A stretch of DNA of 64,000 nucleotides from Kondoa subrosea (Eukaryota), in the NCBI GenBank assembly GCA_039545335.1, contig BCIN01000008.1, positions 569,528 through 633,527 of the forward strand, in the 5' to 3' direction. The notes beneath the pieces were generated by a model that was not told the origin of the DNA, did no database searches, and was given only the letters and a program-made list of their open reading frames with translations. Shown here piece by piece: positions 1 to 11,854 of the stretch; the first letter of the stretch is position 1, and each line of letters opens with the position of its first letter. Position numbers and translations under genes: made by a program.

Positions 1-704
1 GACATATTGGATATAACGCCTCCAGGATGCAGTGCGATACAGAAGTTGTTCTCCATGCCTTCGTTTTTATCAATCTCTTCTTGAATGCAACCGACCATGC
101 GGATTACTGCACATTTGCTAACATTGTATGCGACCGAGAAAGGATAGTCGATTGTTCCGGATCGAGAAGCAAGATTGATCGAGTAGCCTTCTTTGCGCTT
201 GTGGAAGAGCGGTTGAATCAATGAGTTGAAGTACTGTAAGCTGCCGAATCAGGTCTGACAATTCAACACCGCTGATTGGACGCACCATAGGACCATTGAA
301 GTTGATCGCCATTATACGCTCAAAACCCTCTATGTCACCATCCCGGAACTGACGGATGCAGACTTAATAATGGGCGAGAGAAATGCGTCGAAACTTACCA
401 GACCTCTGCCACTGATTCCTGCGCAACATACGAAGGTGTGAATTGGTCCTAGCTCAGCTTCAACCTTATCCACAAAGGCTTTGCAATCTTCGAACTTGGT
501 TTGATCGCAACTGGAAGTCAGAACTTGACCAGAACCATTACTTCGACAAGCTTCCGCAGTTGGCTTCAAATCATCTTCTCGCATATCGCAAATAGCTAGC
601 TTGGCTCCAGTGACTGCAAATGCTCTGCTGATTGCTCCTCCAATGGTTCCTGCTGCACCAGTTACGCAAATAACTCGATTCTTCCATTGACCCCTGAATT
701 GCAT
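1..704 (-). CDS. Short-chain dehydrogenase/reductase (SDR); 3' part runs off the window
   Basis: ATG at 704; Rossmann motif VICVTGAAGTIG, then 'TFVCCAGI' and, after an intron (GTAAGT donor near 398), 'MAINFNGP'. Confidence 0.85.
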
Positions 705-1174
705 TGGATCTCTGTGAAGACCATCTCAGTTTGCGAATCATCCAGATGATATTGTCCCAATTTACATCAGATCATAGGCCTCTCCGCGCAATTGAGCTTC
801 CTCTCCAGGCGTGTTCTTCTTCTGTCCATTTGCAAAGCCATTTACGAAAACATCGTGTTCGACCATCTTGTGCGTTATTCAGACTGATTATCGAGCGTCA
901 AGCAACATCCAAAGGAGCTCAAGTTCAATGCAACTTGAATGAAATGCGGGGTAAATTGTTACGCCGGTGCCGCGCTTTCTCCGGGTTTTTGCAATTCAGC
1001 ATAAGGCTTAACTGAGGGGAGCGGTATTCGGCAGCAGCTTGCTTATGGCTTTGCTTTGATTCTATTCAGTCAACACTATTCTCTATTGCATCAGCAAAAT
1101 CAGATATCGCGAGTTCTGCTTTTGTTGATAACTTGATGCCTCTGAGCTTGCCCTGATCGCTCGTATAGGCTGAA

Positions 1175-2678
1175 ATGATTGACGAAACCCACACTGGATT
1201 TGACACTGCTGCGCTGAAGCGTCTGCAAGCTTCTATTGAAAACGATGTCAAGAATGGTCTTTACGATGGAGCTAATCTGGTAGTATCGAGGGGAGGAAAG
1301 GTTGCAATGGACGTGTCAATTGGCTTCGCAAATCGAGAGACCAAGCGTTCAAGTGCTCCAGAGGACGTCTACTGGCTCTTCTCTCTTACTAAAGCTTTCA
1401 CTCATACACTTGTGCTACAAGCGTAAGTCAACTTGGTAGTCAGACCGCTCCCTCTGCTGATGCGCTGCTCCGCTTCTTTAGTGTCGAGCGCGGTCAAATG
1501 TCATTCACGGACCGAGTTGTCGACTGGATACCAGAATTCATTGGCGAAGACCGCTTTAGACAGGCGAAGAAGGAGCAAATCAATCTTGTGCATCTCCTTT
1601 CTCACCGCGCCGGTCTTGTAAATACACCTACTCCTTTGCCTTACGAAGAGCTCGGCAACCTGAGCAATGTCATCAAGGCTATCTGCCAGATGGATGTAGT
1701 CGGAACTCCTGGTATGCATGAGCTCAGCATACTCTAGATCATACTAATGGTCTCGGTCTCGGAAATCTCTAGGCGGAGAAGTCGAATACTCGCCAACGTG
1801 GTGAGTTTACCTTACATTTTCTGCGCAATATAGTTCTGAATCATGTAAAGTAATCACGCTTTGATGGGAGAAATGGTAAGAAGAGCGACTGGCGCCAAAT
1901 CTTTCACAGAGCTAGTCAACAGAGAGATCTTCGAGCCTTTGGGCATGACATCTACACGGATGGGTGCTCCTGCCGAGTTCAAAGATCGCATGGTCCCAAT
2001 TGTTGCGAACTTTAAGGTCAGCCTAAAGTTACATCTACAGCTGCGTAAGCATGCTCAATATCTCTTCTCTAGCCTGGAGGATGGTTCACGAGCAGAGATC
2101 TGGAAGTCATGCAGGAAATTGTTGTTGAAGGTTCAGGTTGGTCAACGTTTGCAAAAACGATTGATTATCTGACTTCATGAATGTAGAGATGCCATGGGTT
2201 GGTGCTGTGAGCACAGCTCGTGATATTTCACGCTTCGCAGAAATGCTTCGACGAAAAGGCGAATTGGATGGCAAGCGAATTCTGTCGCCTGCAATGATCG
2301 ATCTAGCTACAACGAATCAGACTGGAACCTCTTGGAATAACCTTTATGCCAGAATCTCACGCATCAAGAACTGGGCTCTACCGCCAGCAAATCTCGGACT
2401 TGGCTATGCGTTATCTGGGACTGGCACTCATCCGACTTTCTTTGGTTCTTTGACGAGTCCTCGCACTTTCGGTAATTATGGAGCTGGAAGTACACTGAGT
2501 ATGTCTTCTCTTCATCACTATCTTCATCCTTTACTCAGACGCATGTTGCCTCGCAGTGTGGATTGATCCGGAACGTGATATCACGTTCTCGTGTCTTACA
2601 TCTGGCCTGTGCGAAGAAGCGACAAACATCAAACGCTTCGCTCGTCTTTCGGATATGACCATCGCAGCAGCAAACTAG
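1175..2678 (+). CDS. Beta-lactamase-family (class C/EstB-like) serine hydrolase, spliced
   Basis: SxxK motif FSLTK, LLSHRAGL, 'EYSP' tyrosine, IFEPLGM, 'TFGNYGAGST.MWIDPERD'; several short GT-AG introns; TAG at 2676-2678. Confidence 0.88.
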
Positions 2679-2871
2679 GCGCGAAGGATTTCTTGGGTAG
2701 ACATGTACATTAGACTGGCTGATATCAGGATTGATATTTGCGTCATTCACATAGATAGATAGGCCAGACTTCCTGACATCGACGCTGCATACATTGACAA
2801 TAGACCCTTTGTCCTTTCCCTAAAGGCATCACATCAAATCGATGGTATATTTCAGATACTGTCAGATCACT

Positions 2872-4481
2872 TCAAGCGACCTGTACTACCGCAACCCTAA
2901 CGTCCTCCTCTGAATATCTAGCAAAACACCTGAAGCCGCCAGCACCACTCTGGACTAGATGATCGGAACATCTCTCGTCATCCGGGCCAAAAGCTTTGCC
3001 CGTCGATCTTTTTTGTTTGCTTTTACCTTTTGGTCGAGTAGATACAGGTAGAATTGGATGGACAGAAGATAGACCTATTGGTGCATGTTTAAAATAGTGA
3101 GTAGAAAGAGAGAAATAAGGTAGATCGGGACTTGTATCACTGCGCTTGATTGAGAAAGGGCCGCAATAGACATAGAAGAAGTACATACAGGATATGCAGG
3201 ATCGTAGACCATAGTAGTGGCGGTAAGAAACCTCTCATGCGAAGAACCTGATGCGTTTCTTTTGCTGCGGCTTGATCAGAGCTGTCAATCGGGGGCAGCC
3301 ATGAATGAGAGAAAACTCATGCAATAGATTGACGACTGACCTCTTTTTCCTCAAAGCTTTCTCGGCAATTGTATTCGTATCTTCGACAAACGCCAACTTG
3401 TTATTTTCCAACTCCTCTTCTCGCTCTTTCCTCTTCTTGCCTTCGTTCGTACTTTCTCTCAATTCCAGCAAGGAATCAAACGCAGCCATCATTTCTTTTT
3501 TCGGTGTGGACAAAGAGAGTGTTTCGCAAGTACAACTATATTGAGTTGAAGGCGTTTCTGCTGGAAACGGTACAGTAACGATTTCCGACGAGAGAGAAGT
3601 CTTGTATGAGCCTGTGGGAGTTTCCACAGTCGAACATCAGCTAAGAAGTGACAGACTCTGAGAACTGGTGCTTACCTTGCTTGAATGAAGACAAAAGCAT
3701 GCCAATTCGACCAAAGCGAGAGACGATTTCGCGGAACTTCTTGACTCCCTCTTCTTTCCTCGTAGCAATCTCATCCAGATCTACTTCAACCACTGGTTCA
3801 GAGTTTATCAGCTAAGACTGTTTCTTTAGCAGGCAACAACACACACCGTAGCGTTGTTTCTTCGGACCAAAACGAGATGCTCGACCAGGTAATCCCATCA
3901 TAGTATACGTTTCGATAGAACAGTGGATAATCATACGCCAACCATTGATTGCAATCACATCTCCATCCGTTCTTTGCATTGACAAAGCAAGGAAATGACC
4001 TGGAAATCCTTTTTTATCACTAAACAGCTCATGAAGCAAGCTCGACAGAGAAGATGCTTACCTTTGTTCTTCCTACAATAAGTATTGAGAAACCCTCTTG
4101 TAAGTAAATCACCCAGCAAGCAATCCGGTACAGAAGTAAAGGATTGGTTCTTGATCAGCGTAGAGATCTTTTGTATAGCAGAGAAAGCAGAGGAAGGTAA
4201 CAATAGATCAGCCTGGTGCTGTACGTAAGCGCAAAGCAGCAACTTGAAAGAGAGAAGAGCAAACTTGATGGATGAATGGAAACCTCTGCAGATGATTCTC
4301 GACAAGTGAACGAGAGGTAGAGCAGATCTTGGGACTTGCTGAAGAAGAGCTATCTTTTTCAGCTACATAGCGAGAAAGAATCACTGTTTGTGCATCAGCG
4401 CCGCGGTATGAGCAGTTTGAATGACAGCCCACGTCTGTTAGTAGGCACTGTAGCTTGTACAGGCTTCTTGTGGTGTGACAT
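2872..4481 (-). CDS. RPP40: RNase P/MRP subunit p40 (Rpp40)-like protein
   Basis: Spliced reading MSHHKK...RFPFIHQ|ADLLLP...LLTRGFLNTY...IETYTMMGLPG...MRGFLPP...FKHAPIG resembles Rpp40 family motifs as I recall them (HPF.h.v.l.lP; TYe.lGL.G). Confidence 0.7.
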
Positions 4482-4605
4482 GACCGTTCACATACAACGG
4501 GCTGAGCATGCAAGGTTTCTTTCATTACGTAATCAGCCGGCTGTCGGTTTGTTCAAGATGTTCTTCGGATTTCGAACAACAGCTCACTCCTCCCTTCCAC
4601 ACATT

Positions 4606-5470
4606 ATGGCGGCCCAGCAACAACTTGTATTACCTGCAATAGACTTGGTGAGGATACTGAACAATCCGCAGCCCCAATGTCCTGCAAACAAGCAAGATGC
4701 AATAAATGCACTTCGCATCCACAGAGAAATCGTGGTCTCAACCTGTAAGCGTAATCGCTTCCGCGGTTCCGCCCAACACTTACAGATCTGACCTTACCTT
4801 GAACAACAGCCAGCTTTTCTGAGGAAGACCTCTATGCTGCCGAAGTGTACAAAGAACAAGTCTGGGATCAACACCAACGTCAGTTCGGATGGGAGTAATA
4901 CTTGAAAGAATCTAGCTAACTTTGAGTTCTCTCTAATAGCCAATAATCTGACTGCAATTGTTGAAGGAACTCAAGGCAGGCCAAGATGCTCTCAAGGCAG
5001 ACCTAGACGGGATACGAGAGGATATCAGCATAGTGAGCATTCGATTGGCTGCAAAATTAGTTTCTTACACTGGCTGTCAGATCCGAGAAGATACCATGCG
5101 AGTAAGCAGCACCTTCTTGCTTATCCTGCACTTTGAACGCATCTATCCTTTCTAGCTTCGCAATGTCAATCAGGCTGAAGCTCCCTAGCAAGGTCTAAGA
5201 TCGAGCCGTCATTAGCTGTATGTGTTTTCATACGGTGTTCGCTATTAGAGATTAGAGATTGAATGTCTTGCTTCACAAACTGCCTTACCATCACTTAGGG
5301 GCGCCGGGAAAGTCAGTAGTACCCTTGTATGATACCTTTCATGATGAGTTCTAGTCCAACGATACTATCTGGCATTTGCACAACCTTATACAGACACCTA
5401 CAAGCTCTTATGGTACTATGTAATAGCGCCTTCTCTTGCATCTGGAGTTGAATTCACTCGCATATAGATC
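4606..5470 (+). pseudogene. Frame-disrupted small coiled-coil gene, possibly Mug135-like
   Basis: Exons MAAQQQLVLP...EEDLYAAEVYKEQV. The heptad segment LKELKAGQDALKADLDGIREDI is reached only by deleting 1 nt near 4960. TAG at 5186-5188 is followed by fragmentary exon-like sequence. Confidence 0.4.
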
Positions 5471-5677
5471 TAGATTGCAGCAGTTGCTACTTGTAACAGA
5501 CAGAGACAGAAAGCGTAAGTGGAATCGTGTCAGACGCTTGACGAGACTGTTTGCGCGCCGATACCGATCACTCGAAGGTCAGAGAGAGTGCCGTACAGCA
5601 CGACGACGAGTCTTCTGATAGACATGGACAAAGATGCAATGCAAAAGAAATGAAACCCAAACGAGACACAACAAGAA

Positions 5678-7070
5678 TCACCAAGCAAAGCCCTTTTCCG
5701 CGGCAGGACCTTCCATCTCGTATTCGATCTCGACTCGTTTGGAGGCTGGAGACGTCCATGGTATCGCATCAGCTTTTGCTGATTACAATCTGCATCGCAC
5801 TCACGTTTCTTCTTCTTTGTCGGTCCTGTTTGTTTTCCTTTCGCTTTCCGTTTGCCTTTACTAGAAGTAGCAGGCTCTTCTTCTTCTGCCTCTGATAGAT
5901 CTTCAGCACCAGAAGAACCATCTAAGAATCTTTCATCCAAATCTTCCAGATCCTCTTCATCCGACTCTTCAAAATCTTCCACAAACTCATGTTCATATTC
6001 TCCTTCTTCTTCATCCTCATCATCATTCTCATCTAATTCAGATTGATCATCTTCCAATTCCAACTCATCATCCTCCTGATCTACTCCAGCATTCTCCTTC
6101 TCAACTCTTTCTCTATCCCCATTCAAAACAGCTTGCCAAACCGTTTCATTCACATTCAAAGGTGCATCACCATAAGCTCTAGATTTTAATCGAGCTACCA
6201 ATTCTTTCTCCAAAGTTTTCTCTAAGCGAGCTGCTGTAAGTGCTTTGGCTTCTCTTCTAGCTTCCCTCTTTTCAAGTTTATGAGATTTAGGTATCATTTT
6301 CCCACTGCAAGCAAGCAAAAATCATAAGAAAAGAGGTAAATGGAAAGAAAGAGGGGATCCGTACTTTTCTCTTAAGCGAAGTTTACGCAATTTGATCAAG
6401 TATTGAGTGATTTTCGTTATTCTTTGTTTGCATTTATGGAGCATGAAAGGTTGCCAATAAATGAGATTGCTATCAATCTGTTCATCAAATCAATCACTCT
6501 ATCAGAACCATAACACTGATAGAGCAAAAGGCGCGAACGAACCTGTTCTAGTGCTTTGGCGTAATTGTTTGATAGTCGAACTCTTTCCCACATATGTTTA
6601 GGTGTATGTGCTCTTTCCACAGTCTTCATATAGAGATACAACACTCCTGTTCGTTACACCAACCTTTATCATCAGATGTTTAATCTGAATGAAGAAGGAG
6701 CAGAAACGAACCTTCATGTTCCCTTACTGTAGCGTACCGAGAATTAGCTAAAGGACACGATTGTCGATTACAGAATCCAGTAACGTTGTATGCATTGCGA
6801 CAGAAACTTATGTTTGCAAGTTGGCAAGATCAGCTCTAACTCAAACCTTGAAGCAAACTGGGAGAGCACTCACTTCTGAGTCACAGTCTTGACTTTATAA
6901 CCTTGATAGCATGCATCATGAGCAAACTCAGTCCAGACCAATAGAGATGGAACACCTTACTGCAGAATTGCTACAAAACGAGATCAAGCGTCAGATCAAA
7001 GGTCTACACTGGATAAGGCATTAGGACTTGCATTGTTAATCACCGACCAGATGAGTTCATCAGACTGCAT
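5678..7070 (-). CDS. MAK16: 60S ribosome biogenesis protein Mak16
   Basis: [72 protein letters not shown]-type segment; acidic tail; ends RVEIEYEME...AW. Confidence 0.96.
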
Positions 7071-7253
7071 TCTCTTCCTATTCCCTGGCTGGTATGAGAG
7101 AAAAGATTAAATCTAAAAAAATCGCTCTTGCCCTCGTGATAAGGACGGCCAATAGGTGCTGGGTCGCTCAAGCTGTGCGTCTCCCTGTATTTGCATCACT
7201 GCTGGATTTGCTTCTGATCTTGTATTGACAGCTCATCTCTTTGTCACTGGTTT

Positions 7254-8255
7254 ATGCTCTTTCGGTCTCTGAATCTGAAATCTATCACTCGTCGTGCGTT
7301 CTTCTATGACTTATCTGCTCTGCGTGCAGTCAAATCATGAATGGTGTGCACAGATATCGCTACTATGCCTTCCGTTCCTCAGTCGACACGTCCTATAGTC
7401 GTTCGTATTCCCTTTGTTGCTCTATCACCATTATGTTGATTTGCTTCATGGTCAAAAACGAACAGATCTCTGGTCCTTCTGGATCTGGGAAATCCACTCT
7501 TCTCAAGAAACTCTTTGCAGATCATCCAGGTCAATTTGGATTCTCCGTTTCCCGTTCGTTGGCCCCTCATGTCCTAATCAGCCTTAGCTGATTAGGTGTT
7601 GCGGGCGCTTGAACAGATACTACTCGATCACCTAGAGCTGGAGAAGTGGATGGCAAAGATTACAACTTTGTTAGTCGAGAAACCTTTTTAGATTTAGTTA
7701 AACAGGTCAGTTCCTTTCGTCTCAATTCATGTTTTTTGTCATGTATTGATGGATTGCATTTGACAGGAAGGATTCATTGAACATGCTGAATTCTCTAAAA
7801 ACTTGTATGGCACTTCTGTAGAAGCAGTAAAGAAAGTTAGCGAATCTGGCTGTCGTTGTATTTTGGATATCGATTCTCAAGTAAGTTCTCTTCCCTTCTT
7901 TCTCTCTATATATATCTCTATGTGTCTATAATGCTAAAATTGTTCGAAACAGGGAGTCAAACTAGTTAAAGCTCATCATTTAGAAACCCTCAACCCAATC
8001 TTTATCTTCCTCTCTCCACCTAGTATAGAAGAACTCAAAAAACGTTTAAAAGGTAGAGGAACGGAAACTGATTCTTCCATTCAAAATCGTTTGGAAGCAA
8101 GTGTAGCAGAAGTAAGCTACGCAAGAGAAAAAGGAGTGTATGATTATATTGTGGTCAATGATGATTTGGAAAGAGCTTATGCTAAATTGAATGAGATAGT
8201 AGAGGGTAAAGGGGATGTAGAAAGTGATGTATTACCCAAAGATTTGCATGCATGA
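7254..8255 (+). CDS. GUK1: Guanylate kinase (alternative starts at 7254 and 7365)
   Basis: [73 protein letters not shown] at 8253-8255. Confidence 0.95.
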
Positions 8256-8261
8256 GAATAC

Positions 8262-9904
8262 TTATGATAAACTTGCACCTATTAAAGTTTTGGATAGCAC
8301 GAATCCCTTTGATGTTCGAATACGTTTGACGTTGGACTTGTCTTCGGGATCAATCCAAGCGCCTACTTTATCTTCCAAGGTGATAAAACCAGGTTGAATG
8401 GTTTCGAAAATCTTCTTTTTCGGATTCAGCAGGCTATAGTGCAACAAACAGAGAATCAGCATTCATCATGTGAAACAATATGAAGGCAAAGATCTTACTC
8501 CAAAGCATTCTCGGACTCGAAACCCTCGAAGTAGACTTTATCACCTGGCACACTTCCAGCGGGAGGTTCCATGAGTTCAACTTTGCCATTCGCCTTGTCG
8601 CTTGCACACTGTCAGTCGCCAAACCCACCATTAGCCAAAGCTAAGTGTGCGCGTGCAAAACTGACCAAAACCATGGCAAAACTTTTCACTCCCCTCATCG
8701 ATGCTGGCTGGAAGAAGAGTTCAAGTAAGCATCAAGCCTGCCGACCATACATTGTGATGCGGAATACCTTCAAGTTACATCTGTGGTCATTTGAACATTT
8801 CTCAGCTCAGTATCGAGCTTGAAAGCAAGGAATGCTCACACTGTCACCAGCAGCCTGTCTTGCATCTCTTGAATCGGAATGTAGTTGACCAAACCACTGA
8901 CTACCGTTCTTGGTCCCTCAGCTTCTCCGATATCGATCTTCTCCACATATCTAACGCAACAGACATCTTCTACATGATTCACCAAAATTTCGAAATGAAA
9001 CGCACAATGAATCCGCATCTGGATGTTTGCTAACTTCCACAATCTTTCCAACACGCAGATCAATCATCCAAGGAGCAGGTGCTTCAGCTACAGGTGCAGG
9101 TGCAGGAGGAGCTTTCTCTTTCTTTTCCTTTTTCGTACTCGTTCCGTCCGCCGCACCTCCTTTCTCTTTCTTTCCTTTTTTACCTTCTTTTCCTTCTTCA
9201 GCAGGCATAGGTTTATTCTCAGTAGATTTCGCTTCCGTAGCAGTACCAGCAGCAGCTTTTGCGGGTTTGACTTTCTTTGGTTCTGGTTTCCTTTCGACTT
9301 CAGGTATGTTATCTAAATCGATCGAAACCTTTTCGAAAGAAGAAGATAATTTGGATAAAGCTGAAATGACTGGTTGAGAGTTCTGGATGAGGTCGAAGAA
9401 TCTAGTCAAGGGAGCTAGCGAAAGACGATCTTCATGCGAAGCGGAAGACTGTGAATCCGCAGCAACGTACTAATTAGAGTGATTCTAACTTCCCTTCGGC
9501 GACACTCACGATGTATTCATGCGAGGAAGCGTAAGCTGCTACGTCTGCTGGCGAGAACTTGTTGGTAACAAGGTAAGTCTGACTCTTGAGATGCTCATTC
9601 AAGGCCTTCTCTAAAATATCAATACTTGGTCAGTCCAGTAATAGTACGACAGACCTTTCTGGACTCTGCATCAGCAGGCTTCAAGCTCTTAGCTATCCAA
9701 TCCAAGATTGAAGATGTTTCCTCTTTCGAGCTACCCAAAGCTGTCGCATTCCCAGCTTCGCTCAGCAATTGCTCAAACAATGAGTTGAAATCTGATTGTG
9801 CATTAGCAGAAGCAGGCAGCTTTACACTGAGCTGTTCCAATGAAATTTCAGTTTGTGGATTTTTTGGTCATTCTACAAGACTGAAGAACCCACGCTGTCT
9901 GCAT
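8262..9904 (-). CDS. ARC1: Arc1/AIMP1-like aminoacyl-tRNA synthetase cofactor (GST-like N-terminus plus tRNA-binding OB fold)
   Basis: [68 protein letters not shown]; the start exon is uncertain. Confidence 0.9.
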
Positions 9905-10250
9905 TGATCGTGAGCTTGTCCTCTGTTGTGTGAGGAGCCAAGTAGACTGCCAGCAGGAGCGCCTCAGCAGATTTGAGTGGGTAGGATTGAGTTGACATCG
10001 TTGCATTGAAGCAACCATCCTCTAGCAATCACTTTGTCCTGCTCATTGAAAGCATCTGGATGCTCAAAGACTTGTAACAGAAGAATAGAGGATCATATCG
10101 AGCAACACTTGCACTTATCAAAGCGCGTGAGTCATATAGTCGCGCTGAGCACTGCCATCTCCGCGAAGTCTGTTCTCAGTCTCTGTCTTATCCCACGACA
10201 GCCTTTCCTCCTCCTTCTTCTTTTCCTTCCCTCGTACTGTGTCCCTTCAT

Positions 10251-11641
10251 ATGTTTCGGAGAACTATGTCCCAAGCATCTTCATCCTCGACGAGATCCTT
10301 ACACTCTTCCGCTCCCTCTCGTCGCGCTCTAAAGTCCATCAATGCTTCATTCTACAGAGGAGGCACATCAAATGCCTTGATGCTGTTATCTTCTGCTTTA
10401 CCTCCAATGGAGAAAAAACAAGAATGGGAAAACATACTTCTGCCTGCTATGGGCTCACCTGATCCAAATGGGAGACAATTGGATGGAATGGGAGGAGGGT
10501 ATTCGAGCGTTAGTAAAGTGTGCGTTTTGAAACAAAGGGAAGGCAAGGAGAGGGAAGACGCGGATGTGGATTATACTTTCGTTCAGGTGAACTTCTTCTT
10601 TCATGGCTAAGTCAATATGGACACACCGTAAGTAGATAGGCGTTAAAGAAGCTTCGTTGGATCTGGCCAGTAATTGTGGGAACATGACTCAAGCTGTTGG
10701 TCTGTTTGCTGTGGAACAAGGGATGCCTTTCACAACAGAAGAAGACGGAAAGCAAGCCTTAGTGAGGATCTATAACACAAACACCAAGAAGATCGTTCAT
10801 TCGGTGAGTTTCTATTCTTCTTTCTTTCGCTTCATGACCTGAAGTTTTCTGCACTCGACAGCGATTCCCCCTAGAAGAAGATGGTCAACCTTGTTACTAT
10901 GGCGATTTCAGTATCGATGGCGTACCAGGAACTTCTTCTCGAATTCAACTCGATTTCCTCAACCCAGGTGGATCAAGAACAGGCAAACTCTTACCAACGG
11001 GCAATTTGGTCGATGAGCTGTCCAATATCAGTGATATAGGCGATATTGAAGCTTCTTTGATCGATTGCGCCAATCCATGCGTGTTCGTCTCCGCTCAAGA
11101 TCTAGGCGTGGATGGAACACTCTTGCCGGAAGGTATTACAGCAAATACAATCCTAATGAAACAGTTGGAAGAAGTTCGTTGTCAAGCAGGAATTCAAATG
11201 GGTCTTTTCACTTCAATAGAAGAAGCAAAGAAAACTAAATCAGTCCCGAAAGTTTGTTTCGTTTCTCCACCGGCGCCGTATACATTACTATCGGGTCATA
11301 AGATCAATGATTCGCAAGAAATGGATTTGATCGTTAGAACAATCTCGACTGGAGATGCTCATAAAGCTATTCCGATCACTGTTTCGCTTTGTGTAGCTGC
11401 AGCAGCTCAAATGAAGGGCAGTATAGTACAACAAGCGCTGAGGAAGGATGGGAAACGAGCAGATGCAAAGGGTCTTGTGATTGCTCATCCTTCAGGCAAG
11501 ATGGTTGTCGGAGCACAAATGGAAGTAGCAGAAGAAGTAGAGAAAGCTGTTGTACGGTCTGGGACGGTATTCGGGACGGCACGTAAGTTGTTTGAGGGCA
11601 AAGTATTCTATAGAGCCTCGAGTCAAAGCCAAACCGCGTAA
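10251..11641 (+). CDS. PrpF family (DUF453) aconitate/methylaconitate-type isomerase with a likely mitochondrial presequence
   Basis: YRGGTSNAL, MGSPDPNGRQLDGMGGG.SS.SK, DVDYTFVQ, NCGNM, IYNTNT, DCANP, HKAIPIT, HPSG, TARKLFEG; Arg/Ser-rich N-terminus MFRRTMSQ... Confidence 0.92.
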
Positions 11642-11854
11642 GAAAATATCGAAAAGATAAGCGCAGACTTGCGGCATCAAGCGATCGCAAAAATTTGGAC
11701 GAAGCAGCTGATTTTCGGCATTGACAGCAACTTAGGAAGGGAGGTGCGAGAACGTAGAGCAAAGAAATTAAACGAAACGCATTACAATCCTATTGCCAAA
11801 TCAGCTCTAGCCAAAGACGTGGTATGAGAGGACCTGCTTACTGTATATCCCACA

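Noticed and set aside
3186..3240. Two in-frame ORFs separated by a single TGA (looked like read-through or A-to-I editing)
   Set aside because: Two ordinary introns (GTCAGT...GACAG and GTATGT...GCAG) put the intervening RPP40 exon in another frame (MRGFLPPLLW).
4045..4056. ACAGAGAAGAT, matching the U6 snRNA core
   Set aside because: Only 11 nt match, the downstream U6 sequence is absent, and it lies antisense in an RPP40 intron.
5341..5470. ATGATGA box C-like motif (possible C/D snoRNA)
   Set aside because: No CTGA box D at a suitable distance and no terminal stem.
9023..9377. Antisense ORFs over ARC1, and similar ones over MAK16, DOA4, NTO1, PKH1 and HAM1
   Set aside because: Shadows of biased or low-complexity coding on the opposite strand.
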